From the NCBI GenBank assembly GCA_964016885.1, contig OZ024747.1, positions 63,364,001-63,428,000 on the forward strand: a stretch of DNA of 64,000 bases. Direction: 5' to 3'. Made by a program: the position numbers and the translations under genes. The stretch comes from Eledone cirrhosa. Lineage: Eukaryota. Positions 28,546 through 40,612 of the stretch are shown here, in pieces; position 1 is the first letter of the stretch, and every line of letters begins with the position of its first letter. Below the pieces are notes generated by a model. That model had not been told where the DNA came from. It worked only from the letters and a program-made list of their open reading frames with translations, and did no database searches.

Positions 28546-31458
28546 CATCAACATTTATTTACTTATTTATTTATTTGTCATACCATTAGTAGTATTAAAC
28601 TAATTGTTCATAGTATAGACATTTTCACCTTGTGTAATCCCTGAGTAAAAATCTCTGAATCAGCAAAACAAAGAACAGTAGGAATTGTCACTGTGACTAC
28701 CTTAGTGATATCACTCAAGTAGCTTCACTCAAGTGTTCTTCCTCAGCAAGCATTATTACAAGGCAGTCAAAATATGTGAAGCTATTTATTAATAATTATC
28801 AGTCATGCAATGCTTGATAATGATTCTCCCTTGATGATCAGAAACAATTATTATCTTAATGATTAATTCTGATGAAGAAAATCAAGGGAGGCAATTTTTT
28901 CACGTTCGGAGTTGCCGAAGCATGGAACAAACTACCCGCATCAGTTGTTAGCTGTCGGGACATTGCTTTCTTTAAACTGTCCATGCTTCCTGAAATTCGC
29001 CAACACTTCATCTGATATTCTCATGTGTGTGTCTGTGTGTATATCATGACTCAAACACTGTTCAATTTGCTGACATTTGTACATTATTCTATGTACTATA
29101 CATGCACTTTTGATGAGTTGTATACACAATAATTTTCATTATCATTTTTAAAGTAAATTATGTTAATTAAAAATGAAATGTAGTCCTTGTTATAGAGAAG
29201 TGAGTCCATTCTTGACAGTAGAGTGACAGGTTTCAAGCTTATTAGACCTCCTCAGCAATGCATAGTCTAGGCATAGTCAATGAGAGTTGAACTCATTACT
29301 GTAATCTTTCAACATACTTATCACATTTTAAGTTGTATTGATCAACTCATTTGATACTAACCTTCCTGAAACTGCCTAGGTTTAACCCTTTAGCATTTAA
29401 ACCGGCCATATCCAGTCAGATTTCTCTCACCTCTTTCTGTTCAAACTGGCCATAACCATCCAGAATTATGTGACTTCTTTCTGTTCAAACCAGCCATAAC
29501 TGACATCAAGATATTGTTCTGAAAATAAATAATATCAAAATCATAGATTCAATATCAGAAGAAATAATTATGTGAGGTAAAGCATTTACTGCAAAAATGA
29601 AATAAATATAGAATAATGCAAATACTCAAGAAAGAATAATAAATATAGAATAATGCAGTTTTATGAAAGAAAATTCTTCATTTTAATAGGTTTCTACTCA
29701 TATTAAAACCTTCCATCATAACTTTATTTAAGAAAGTTTTGTTATGTTATGTTTCAAGCATCAACTTAGTAAAGAAAAAGTTAATTCTATTAAAATCTTC
29801 AAATTTTCAAATTAATTGATACATATATGTTGTGAATTTCATTATCGTAATTCTCAGGGAGATTCAGTATAACACAGATTGTGACAGGTTTGGCCTATTG
29901 AATTACCGATACAATCCATCTGATAGGTCTTTAAACAGTTTCTACCTATCTAGTTTCACTCGCAAAGCTTAGGTCTATCTGTGGATATGGTAAATGACAC
30001 TTGACAAAGATAACATGCAGTGGGCGGAAATGAAGACCTAATGATTGGAAAATGAACTCTTTAACCTTTTGGGCATGATGTGTTGATTGTGTGACGATAG
30101 ACATTTAATCAATGGCAGTTACAATATAGAAATAAGTTGGTTATCTATATCTAGTATCTACTCTGTGAACTTAGTCATCTATTCTTCACAATTCTCCAGA
30201 ACAACTTCCATTTCAGATGTTTTAATAGTATCCAAGAAATGGAGCAGATATAATGGTAGATAGGAGGTTATTAACGTAGAATATAACCAGGTTTCCACAT
30301 CAGTCACTAATCTTTAATGGATATTATTGTTGAAGTTAACATCTTCACACTAATATTGTACATCCATTCCAAATTGAAACTGTTGCAGTACTTTGAAATG
30401 TAATTATTCTCCCATTCATTGAACATTTGAAGTATAATTTTATTTTAACATCCTCACCAATTGATACATTATTTATTTTTATTATAGGAAGAGTTACCTT
30501 AATCCCTTTGTGACTGTATTTCCAATGAAATACACTCTATTTCAATTAATTAATGAAGAATTTGGAAGGATTTACTAAAACTATTATTTCATTACTACTT
30601 AATGTATAGTCCCTGTCTAAAATTAAATAGGAACCCTTTAAAATGAATGGTTTTGTTTAACAAAACTAGAAGTGCTTTTATTAAAGTTGGTATATAAAAA
30701 GTTAAACAGAAAAATGGATGTAGATAGTAAGGAGAAAAAATAAAGACAGTAAAATGTTAGACATGGTCATGTAAAGTAATTTTTTCGAACATAGGTACAA
30801 GTCCAGAAAGTTTTTGGGAAAGGCAACATTTCATTGTATGGACACAAGTATTTAACTGGTACTTTATTATTTTCTCAATCCTGGAAGTATGGAAGATAAT
30901 GCTGTCTTAAGTGGGATCTGAATTTAGACACTGCATCCTTCAAAATGTCCATGCTTCTCAAAATTTGGCAACACTACACCTGATATCCCCCTCCAAACAC
31001 ACACACACACACGCATCTGTGTGTATGTATGTCTGTGTCATGACTCATACACTGTTCACTTTCCTGACATTTGTACATTATTCTATGTACTATATGTGCA
31101 CCTTTGATGTGTTGTAGTGCACCTGAGCACTGTACATAATAATTTTCATTATTATTATTATAAAATACAAGACACCTCACTGGACAGGATGCCAGTCCAT
31201 CACAGGATTACAACCTCAGCTACCCCTGGTACTTATTTTCAGCTGAGTATACTGGAGCAATGTGAAATGAAGTGTTTTTCTCAAGAACACAACACAAAAC
31301 CCAGTCCAAGAATTGAACCCATGGAATTATAGTTGTGAGTTCAACACACTTACCAATAAAACACACCTCCACATCCTATTGCCTAATGGTAAATTAGTTT
31401 AATTAAGAGAAGATAACTCTACATTAAAACGATTTTGAGAGAGAGGTAAAAAAATAAT

Positions 31459-31639
31459 TGTCTCTACTTTAGGCACAAGGCCAGCAATTACCCAGTGCAT
31501 TACTGGTACTTTATTTTATCGACCCCGTAAGGATGAAAGGCAAAGTCAACCTCGGTGGGATTTGAACTCAGGTCGTAAAGGGACGTAACTATGCTGGAAA
31601 GCATGGCGTCCGACTCTCTACCGATACTGCCAATCCACC
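31459..31639 (-). mobile_element. tRNA-derived SINE family B, full length with an 18-bp TSD
   Basis: GAGAGGTAAAAAAATAAT is duplicated at 31441-31458 and 31640-31657. B box is GAGTTCAAATCC; body is GCCTTTCATCCTTACGGGGTCGATAAAATAAAGTACCAG. Confidence 0.9.
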
Positions 31640-32113
31640 GAGAGGTAAAAAAATAATGGGTGGTGATTAGAGAGTGTAAGAGATATAGAGATGGTGGTAG
31701 AGGAAGACAGGATAAGAAATATAAGCAGAGGGGTACAAAGACATTGGGAGGGATATAGAGAGTGTAAGAGGTGGTAGGAGGAAACAGGAAGTTTGAGAAT
31801 GGAGAAGAAAATTTGAAATCAGTGATTTCCCAAACTATTTTTGTACTCTGATTCAATATTTCAATAAAACTATAATTAGTCCACTCAGCTTTATCATTTT
31901 AAAATCATTAAGAATATTTTATTGCACAGCAGTAAAGAAAATAAAACAAATGCAAAATATTAAAGTACTTAGAGATAACTATAATTGACATAAAATATAT
32001 ATTACATTATATCACACTGATTTATAATACCACATAGTTATTATTGATAGCACAGTGTGAGATTGTGCTTTTTATTCTTTCAATTATCACATGTTCATAT
32101 GTATATATATGCA

Positions 32114-32206
<93 letters not shown>

Positions 32207-33658
32207 TGTATGTAGCAGGACATATTGTGATCCACAAAATCTTACCATTTCTTTGCCTCTTACAGTACAAGAGTATATTAGATTATAACATTGACATTTG
32301 CAGAATATATATAGATGATATTGTTTTTTGTTCTTAATGGTTTACCATGGCTCACAGGAAGGGCAACCCCCATGTCTTGTTCCAGACTGTTAGGAGGAAA
32401 GTATCTCCAACCTTGAGACCTAGAGTAATGAAGTATTAGTGTTAATTAAACCAGGTGATGGTTTAAGTCTGAGGTCATCATTGTCTCTTATGCTTTCTGT
32501 GTTGATAAAGTACCAGTTGAAGGCAGTAAACTTATGAAATTTTTTGTTTATTGAATGAGATGATTTGTAATATATTTCTGGCTGATAGAGTTCTTTGGCC
32601 AAGCCCCACTATGGCCTATGAGTGGTAAACTTAATCCATCACCTAGTTTAACATCACCTGGCAATTGGGTGCTTTGAATGAAGTCCATTCTGTTGTAAGT
32701 ATTCAAACCAGGACTCTAGTTTGAGGATATCTCACTTCCACCTTCCAGATTTTAGGTTTGGAGAAGAGACATAGGCATTGCCATTCCCTTCTCTGAGTAA
32801 AAAACAAATACAAACATACATGCATGCACACAGGATCATGATGATGGCTGTAATGCCATGGATTTTGAGTCCAGCTAGGGACTTGTCTATCACCAGTAAT
32901 AACATGTGTCACAAAAAATGTCACATATCAATGAAGATGAGGAGTCTCTCGCTCCACAAAAAAAAAAAAGGAAAAAATGTAATGTACATACACACATACA
33001 CACACTCACACATACATACACACATACATACACACATACATACATACAACATTTTGTAAAACATTCTTGCGATTCAAGGGATGACAATTTCTTTTCTTTT
33101 ACAACCTTGACACCAGGAAGGTGGCCGGTCAAAAAAATATACTCGAAATTAAGAGAACGAGATAACATACACACACACACATTCATACACACATACATAT
33201 ATGCATACATACATATACAGGTATCTACCTGTTTAAGATAGGCACCAGTGTCGTTGTTAGACTTTCATGCAGTTTTGAAGAAATAATTCCACTGAGATCA
33301 TATGATGAGAATTATGGCTTTTGTAGTAGGATTTCATCATATAAGATTCTATTGTGCATTTTAAAAGCACTACAGAATCATATTTATATGTGTATGGAAG
33401 TATGAAAAGGTGAAAATTGCTATTTAATTAGTTCATTGTTTTACGATCGTTTCAGAAGGTTGAATGATCATCATAAATCAATAAATTGACTAACTGACTG
33501 TGGTTATTCAACCAAATATTACTGGTCTTGATATTTCGGATCTATCTCATTATCTTCATTAGAAGCAATGACCTGATTAAGGACTAATCTATCCTTTTGT
33601 TTTCATTGTTCAACACACACTCAATAAAACACATACACACACATATGTATATATGTGG

Positions 33659-33696
<38 letters not shown>

Positions 33697-33876
33697 GTAA
33701 CGACCTTAGAGGTATGAATAATTAATAATAATAATTATCCTTATTGAATTTTGAATTATAAATGCTCTGCTACTATAACTGTTCGCACATGGAGAATAAA
33801 GGGGAAAAATGTGCATTAAGTTTAACACATCTTACCAATGAAAATAGTGAACTATTACACTATATTCTCATATATT

Positions 33877-33908
<32 letters not shown>

Positions 33909-34148
33909 TATATGGTAAATTTCTTTAAGTCATTTGGAAGCCTCGAGCATGCAAATGGGTAAATCTCTGGGTAACAAGATCCGGTGGTGGAGAGAGAGAT
34001 GTAAGTGGGTGTACGTTGAGATGCGTGGCGTGTATAAGATGTGTAGAGGAAAGAAGGAAAGAGCATAAAGGATAAAATAAAAATAACAACACAACTATAT
34101 ATATATATAGATTACACAAGTATCAAAGTTATGTTTAAATCATTTAAT

Positions 34149-34195
34149 CGCTGACATTTGTTTCTTCCAAATTTTAGTTTGGAGTCATCGGAGCA
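34149..34195 (-). ncRNA. Degenerate minimal hammerhead (core CCGAUGA)
   Basis: GCU-CCGAUGA-c-UCCAAA(loop)UUUGGA-a-GAAA-CAAAUG-UC|AGC, with a GUC triplet and one core substitution. Confidence 0.5.
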
Positions 34196-34594
34196 TTAAC
34201 AATGTTTGTACATATAATTAACCTCCTATTCAACTGAAGAATCATATAGATACATATATATTGATGTTGTGAACAACAGTTTAGTATATATAGGGTGTAA
34301 TGTATGCGACATATATTATACGAGAATTGTACAATAATTCAAATTCAAGTTAAAGTTAAAATTAAAAGTACAGAGTGGAATACAAGTGACAGATAATACA
34401 AGAGAATAGTCTAATAATTAAAGAAGCAATGTGAAAGGAGTATACAAGGGTGTAGAGATTGTACATGCGTTAGTCATATATTACTGCTCTGTAAAACAAC
34501 TGATGATCTTACATTGAGCTATTTCTCTTACTGGTAATAAGGTAGTAATAAATTACTAACCTTCCCTGTTTATAGTTGTTTATATAGTATAGTG

Positions 34595-35102
34595 CAGGGC
34601 AATAAAGATAGACGGTAGCCACGGAATAGGCAGACCTAGAAAAACCTGGGACGAGCTGATAAACTCCGACCTCACACACTTACACCTCTCCAAGACAATG
34701 TCACTGGACCGAGACCTTTGGCGGTACTCAGTAACAGAGAAGACCCGCCTTGCCAGTAGGCATCTCTAACAAAATACACCCCGTCCCGCCACCACCCCCA
34801 CCCATCCACACCACCCCGTCCTATGTAAAGTTATGTTGGTGCCGCGCCATCCAGGCCGAAACAAATGAGATCGTGTAGGTGTCACGACAAAAAAACACAC
34901 AGTCCACGCTGTAATGTGGCCGTGTAGGCAACACGGTAAAAACCTCCCAGACCCACACTGTAAATGTGGTTGGTGTTAGGAAGGGCATCCAACTGTAGAA
35001 AACCTGCCAGACAGTCCTATGCGAGCAAGACAATCACTCTTGCCTCAAGTGGGACTACCCCCGTCCAAACCCATGCAAGCGTGGAACACGGACGTTAAAC
35101 GT

Positions 35103-35133
<31 letters not shown>
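34595..35133 (+). mobile_element. RTE LINE 3' end whose UTR matches the SINE A tail
   Basis: GRPRKTWDELINSDL...DRDLWR, then GTTGGTGTTAGGAAGGGCATCCA...GGACGTTAAA(GAT)n. Confidence 0.8.
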
Positions 35134-35221
35134 ACATAACTATAAATAGTATCTTTAATATTATATATATATATATATATAAATATATATTATATATAAA
35201 TTTATATATTATATATAAATA

Positions 35222-35259
<38 letters not shown>

Positions 35260-35279
35260 TTATATATTATATATAAATA

Positions 35280-35310
<31 letters not shown>

Positions 35311-35439
35311 AATATATATTATATATAAATATATATTATATATAAATATATATTATATATAAATATATATTATATATAAATATATATTATATATAAATAT
35401 ATATTATATATATAAATATATATTATATATATAAATATA

Positions 35440-35515
<76 letters not shown>

Positions 35516-36160
35516 TATAATAAACAAGAAAGACGGTTTCATTTGTACATCCCTATTTATTTTGTTACACGTATTTGAAAGACGTAAGGCCTATGTGTTC
35601 TCTTTAGACAAAAATCCAAATGAGATGTAAATATCCATTAATATGTTATCAGTCATACATGTTATTCCCTTTGCCGACCAGTAAGCATATGTCCGAAATT
35701 CTCAAGTAGCAGTTCTTATATGTGTGGGAGATAGATATTCCAATTGGTGTTGCTGCTTGTGAACTGGCTAGGGTTTCAACTTACCAGATTGGTTGCTTGA
35801 TTCTTAGTGAGGCATGTATGAACTGTTTACATTGCCATTCATTGTTCCCTCCCTGTGTCTGTATGTCCATTGGTTTATCTCATTATGGTAATGGTGTTAT
35901 CCCTGTTATTCAAGTTGCTGTTTAATCTATCAGTGCTCATGTGCTTGCTATTGTGAGTTATCTCTTTATGTTTAATTCCTAGATTTCTATTGTTAATTTT
36001 CACTATATTCTGGGCTATGCTTTTGGTTGTCGAGTAAGAAAGTTTAATTGTGTATCGATTAAATATTTGACTGTATTTAATCGACACCATTAACATAAAT
36101 GAGATAAACCAACGGGCACACAGATACAGGGATGGAACAATAAATGGTAACGTAAATAAT

Positions 36161-36558
36161 TGCAATTGCAGAAATCGTAATAGTTGCCCAATGAAAAATA
36201 ACTGTTTAGAGAATAATATTGTTTATGAATGTGAAATAAAAACGAGTAGTAAGAGTTATATTTATATTGGATTATACTTCTACTAGATTTAAGGAAAGGT
36301 GGTCAAACATTGCCACACATTTAAAAGATCTAGCATGGCCCTGTCGAAACTGATTTGGTCGCTAAAAAATAAACAAGTAGAATAATCTCACATGCTATTC
36401 TATATATAAATGGATCTATATCTAGTGGCTGTGATCTCTGTACTACAGAGACTCTTCACATCATAAATAGTAGACATAAAATTATTAATAAACACTCTGA
36501 AATTTTTAATTCTTGTTTACACAAAATTAATAAGACATTTTGTAGAATATATAGTTAA
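36161..36558 (+). pseudogene. GIY-YIG endonuclease domain of a Penelope-like element, frameshifted
   Basis: Hand translation: CNCRNRNSCPMKNNCLENNIVYECEIKTSSKSYIYIGL / TSTRFKERW / MALSKLIWSLKNK / GCDLCTTETLHIINSRHKIINKHSEIFNSCLHK...*. Shows the CNC-CP-C motif, the VY...YIG motif and the CxxC...CxH tail. Confidence 0.8.
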
Positions 36559-36926
36559 AACCTAAATAATGTTAAATACACCACCAAATAATTAATTAAA
36601 CATTCCTTAATATATGGATGCATTATAATATCAGCATCAAAGTACAAATATCTAAAATTAGAATTAGTATTTAAGTGAATAGAATCTAGTATAAAAAAAT
36701 AAAAAAATAAACTAACAGTTCAATCATGCCTCACCAAGAATCAAGCAACCAATCTGGTAAGTTGATACCCTAGCCAGTTCACAAGCAGCAACGCCAATTG
36801 GAATATCTATCTCCCACACTTATAAGAACTGCTCTTTGAGAATTTCGGACATATGCTTACTGATCAGCAGAGGGTATAACACATATGACCGGTCACAAAT
36901 CAATGGATATTTACAGCTCATTTGGA

Positions 36927-36999
36927 TTTTTGTTTGAAGAGAACACGTAGGGCAGTTGTTATACAATTACCTTATGTCTTTGAAATACATATAACAAAA
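36927..36999 (+). ncRNA. Degenerate hammerhead in the 3' terminal repeat of the Penelope-like element (second copy 35560-35613, - strand)
   Basis: UUUUGU-UUGAAGA-long stem II-GAAA-UACAUA-UA|ACAAAA. The other arm has CUAAAGA...AAA-UACGUG-UA|ACAAAA, so the consensus restores CUGAAGA...GAAA-UACGUA-UA. Confidence 0.6.
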
Positions 37000-37292
37000 T
37001 AAATAGCGATGTACAAATGTAACAATCTTTCTTGTTTATTATTATCGGCCACCATGCTTTGCAACATAGAGTTATAGCCCTCTGAGTTCTGAGTTCAAAT
37101 CCGTCAAGGTTAACTTTACCTGTCCTCCTTACAGGGTTGATAAAATAAAGCACCAGTAATGGACTGGAGTAATTGCTGGTCTTGTGCTAAAAGTAAAAAC
37201 ATTATAATAAAACTCCAGATGAACAAAAACCGTGGAGTGCTTTAAATCTGTTAAGAAAAAGTCGGCAGATTTTCAATCAACCAACTTTCTTC

Positions 37293-37375
<83 letters not shown>

Positions 37376-37779
37376 TAATCCAATGGAGGGCCGTTTCAAA
37401 TTCCACATGACATTTTCAAGACTTGTCAGGTGATAAAGTCTTATTATTGAAGAGCTATAACAGTTCTTCAGTAGTCTTATTTCTTTTGTGTGCTTTAACT
37501 GGACAACTGAGTGCATCACACTGTGCTTTGAGTATGATGTGCAGTGTTATGTCTTGGTTTCATATTATCTGTTGTATTGTGTGCAGTGCCTAGTAGTGCT
37601 ATGTTGTTGTGTATATTTTGTAAGTCCTGCATCATTTTTAATCATTCTTCAAGCAGCTATATTATTATGAGGATTGTATCTCATTTCAATACTCACATTC
37701 TACATATCTCTGTCATTCCAGATATATTTATTTGGATAATTTCATTATTGTTAGCAGTATGAATGTTGTGTTGTTGTTA

Positions 37780-37822
<43 letters not shown>

Positions 37823-37824
37823 CA

Positions 37825-37872
<48 letters not shown>

Positions 37873-38130
37873 TATTACTACTTGAGACTTCCTTTGAATT
37901 CTGCTTCTTTCCCAAACCATGCCAAGTGTCAACCAGACACCTGAAGCAAAATGTGTTAATACACATATTTTACAAACAATTGTCACAGAGATGATGCCGT
38001 AAGGCCACAAACATCAGTAAATGTCTTTACATGATAATGTTTTCTTTATTGTCCCTTTGTGCTCAATAAAGAAGATTATTATTATTATTATTATCATTAT
38101 TATTATTATTATTATTATTGTTATTGTTAT

Positions 38131-38781
38131 TCCTTGAATCTCAGTCATTGATGTTGGTTAACTGGAAAGTCCGTTGGATTGAATATCAAGCCACTACCTG
38201 CAGCCTCAGATATTCAGGACGTATCGGAGGGTTCTTGCTGTTCCAAGCAAGCATGCCTTTTGAAGCGTTCCAAAAAGCGTGAAGGGGCCGATTTTCTTTA
38301 ACCATCCCTGGAAACCTTTGGAGATAGTCCCCAGTGCGCCTATGACAATCGGGATCACTTTGACTTCATGGCAGTTCGAAATCCTTTTCACCTCCCACTT
38401 TAGGTCCTGGTATCGGTTAATTTTCTCCCTCTCCTTCTCTTGCACTCTCGTGTCGAACGGGCAGGCCACATCCACAATCAGGCACGATCTTTTTTCTTTG
38501 TCCACAACCACCAGGTCAGGTCTATTGTGTTCCAGTTTTTTGTCCGTCTGTATCCTAAAATCCCACAGCACCTTCACCTGACTGTTCTCCATCACCGCCT
38601 CTGGCCTATGCTCATACCATTTCTCAGAATGTGGTAGATTGTTTACTTTGCACAGGTGCCAGTGGATCACCCTGCCCATCACATCGTGTCTCCAGCCCTT
38701 ATAGTGGGTCTGGGCTAGGTGTTTACACTCGGACACAATGTGAGCCACAGTCTCCTCTCTCTCTCCACAGATCCTGCAAAA
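38131..38781 (-). mobile_element. 5'-truncated R4/Dong-clade non-LTR retrotransposon inserted in (TAA)n
   Basis: Frame reads FCRICGEREETVAHIVSEC (CCHC knuckle), RHD, WD..IQTD, NRPDLVVVDK..IVDVACPFD (PD..D restriction-like endonuclease), then a short 3' UTR. (ATT)n arrays lie on both sides. Confidence 0.9.
38206..38781 (-). CDS. C-terminal zinc knuckle plus restriction-like endonuclease of the R4/Dong element (uninterrupted fragment)
   Basis: The 180-aa track ORF (38206-38748) extends upstream without a stop to the truncation point. Confidence 0.8.
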   Translation of the reverse strand, partial: FCRICGEREETVAHIVSECKHLAQTHYKGWRHDVMGRVIHWHLCKVNNLPHSEKWYEHRPEAVMENSQVKVLWDFRIQTDKKLEHNRPDLVVVDKEKRSCLIVDVACPFDTRVQEKEREKINRYQDLKWEVKRISNCHEVKVIPIVIGALGTISKGFQGWLKKIGPFTLFGTLQKACLLGTARTLRYVLNI

Positions 38782-38785
38782 GATA

Positions 38786-38837
<52 letters not shown>

Positions 38838-39087
38838 ATCATCATTATCAACTTCATCATCATTATAATGTATCTGAAGACATAATATTTAGATTTGGTG
38901 GTTGTGTGTCATTGCTGTTCAGGACTTCTGTTAATTCCCTGGAAGCTTACATTTAACTATAACAACTAATCAAGAAATTATTGTTTATTGTTCATTTAGT
39001 TTTGTTCAAAGGACATATAGAGAAACACAATGAATAGAAACTATGAAATATGTAACCTTATTGAAAACTGACATATATATATATATA

Positions 39088-39174
<87 letters not shown>

Positions 39175-39282
39175 GTTACAACAGTGATATATACAGGTAG
39201 TTAAGTTTAGATGGGTTATGCACCCCAACTCATTCAGCCTGTTGTAATAATAGGCTGAAAGAGTTGGGGTGCATAACTTAAT

Positions 39283-39425
39283 TGTTTCTACTTTTGGCAC
39301 AAGGCCAGCAATTACCCAGTGCATTACTGGTACTTTATTTTATCGACCCCGTAAGGATGAAAGGCAAAGTTAACCTCGGCGGGATTTGAACTCAGAATAG
39401 CAAGGCCCGTAACTCTATGCATCAA
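39283..39425 (-). mobile_element. SINE family B (5'-truncated) inserted into a palindromic element, 21-bp TSD
   Basis: AGTTRGGGTGCATAACTTAAT occurs at 39262-39282 and 39426-39446. Confidence 0.85.
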
Positions 39426-40019
39426 AGTTAGGGTGCATAACTTAATGAAACTTAAATATCTATATATGTCACTGCTGTAACTAATTATACTTAACTCATC
39501 CTATGGACTGAGTGCTTGTATCCTTGGATACTTCTACCAAACTTTTACTACAGTAATATATATATATATATATATATTTGTGTGTGGGTATGTATATATA
39601 TAGTTGTTAGAGAATTGGGTTCACAATCTTGAGGTTGTGAGTTCGATTCTTGGACCGGGTGATGTGTTATGCCGTTATGTCAAAGTTATTTATGCATATA
39701 TGTATATGTATATATGTATAATTATATATATGTATATATGTTTAAGTAGATATGTATATATCTATACGTATATATAATTATGTATATATTTATATATCTC
39801 TCTCTATATATATATAGAGAGAGAGAGGTATATGTATATATATATAGGTATACATATATGTATATATAGATATGTATAGGTATATATATATGTGTATATA
39901 TATATGTATATATATATATATATATATATGTATAGGTCAGCAAAAAAGTGTTGGTAAAATCCAGTACTTCAGTATGCAGATAGGGAGCACTCAACGAAGA
40001 TATAAATTCCGGAGTTTTA

Positions 40020-40319
40020 ATAGTGACGAAACATAAGTCAATTGCATGAACTCATAATCCGTTATTTACTGCTATATATATTTCGATGATAGCCATTGTA
40101 TGGCTATGACCTTATCAGGCAGTTAGTAAGTTCTTAGAGCCTTGGGACATATGTCCCAAGGCTCTGAAACCATCAACACCAAAAACCCAGAGCTGGCATA
40201 TCTAAGAACTTACTAACTGCCTGATGAGGTCATAGCCATACCATGGCTATCATCGAAATATATATAACAGTAAATAAAGGATTATGAGTTCATGCAATTG
40301 ACTTATGTTTCGTCACTAT
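40020..40319. repeat. Long inverted repeat (~119-bp arms) with an internal 30-bp perfect palindrome
   Basis: Arms are 40020-40138 and 40201-40319; AGAGCCTTGGGACAT|ATGTCCCAAGGCTCT is at 40136-40165. Confidence 0.95.
40216..40271 (+). ncRNA. Minimal hammerhead ribozyme in the right arm of a fold-back element (inverted copy at 40068-40123, - strand)
   Basis: ACUGC-CUGAUGA-GGUCAUAGCCAU(acc)AUGGCUAUCAUC-GAAA-UAUAUA-UA|ACAGU. The inverted copy has a perfect stem I (ACUGC/GCAGU) but a CUGAUAA core. Confidence 0.7.
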
Positions 40320-40380
40320 GTATAGGTATATATATGTATATATATATATATTTATGTATAGGTATATATATGTGTATATA

Positions 40381-40429
<49 letters not shown>

Positions 40430-40434
<5 letters not shown>

Positions 40435-40612
40435 TGTAATAAACAACATAAGATAATTAATTCATTTTCCAGTGGTTTCTTGAAGGCAAATATTTATGTC
40501 TGTCTTCATTCATCAGAAAAATAATATTATGAATGAAGACAGACATAAATATCTGTCTTCAAGAAACCACTGGTAAATGAAATAATTATCTTATGTTGTT
40601 TATTATATAACT
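40430..40612. repeat. Long inverted repeat (~84-bp arms)
   Basis: 40430-40513 vs 40529-40612. Confidence 0.95.
40464..40522 (-). ncRNA. Hammerhead-like motif, probably inactive (CUG at the cleavage triplet)
   Basis: AUUUUU-CUGAUGA-a-UGAAGACAGA(loop)UUUGCCUUCA-a-GAAA-CCAC-UG|GAAAAU. Stem II is a perfect 10 bp in the opposite arm. Confidence 0.5.

Larger units (their letters stand above)
35518..37041. mobile_element. Rearranged Penelope-like retroelement remnant (Naiad-type) with ~310-bp inverted terminal arms
   Basis: Arms 35518-35827 and 36714-37041 are inverted homologues, and a (TA)n tract abuts the left end. The minus strand encodes IFNRYTIKLSYSTTKSIAQNIVKINN (PLE post-RT/linker motif); the plus strand encodes a GIY-YIG remnant. 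Confidence 0.8.

Noticed and set aside
36161-36558. Selenocysteine recoding, as reported for some Naiad elements
   Set aside because: All conserved Cys positions I could read use TGC/TGT; there is no in-frame TGA at those sites.
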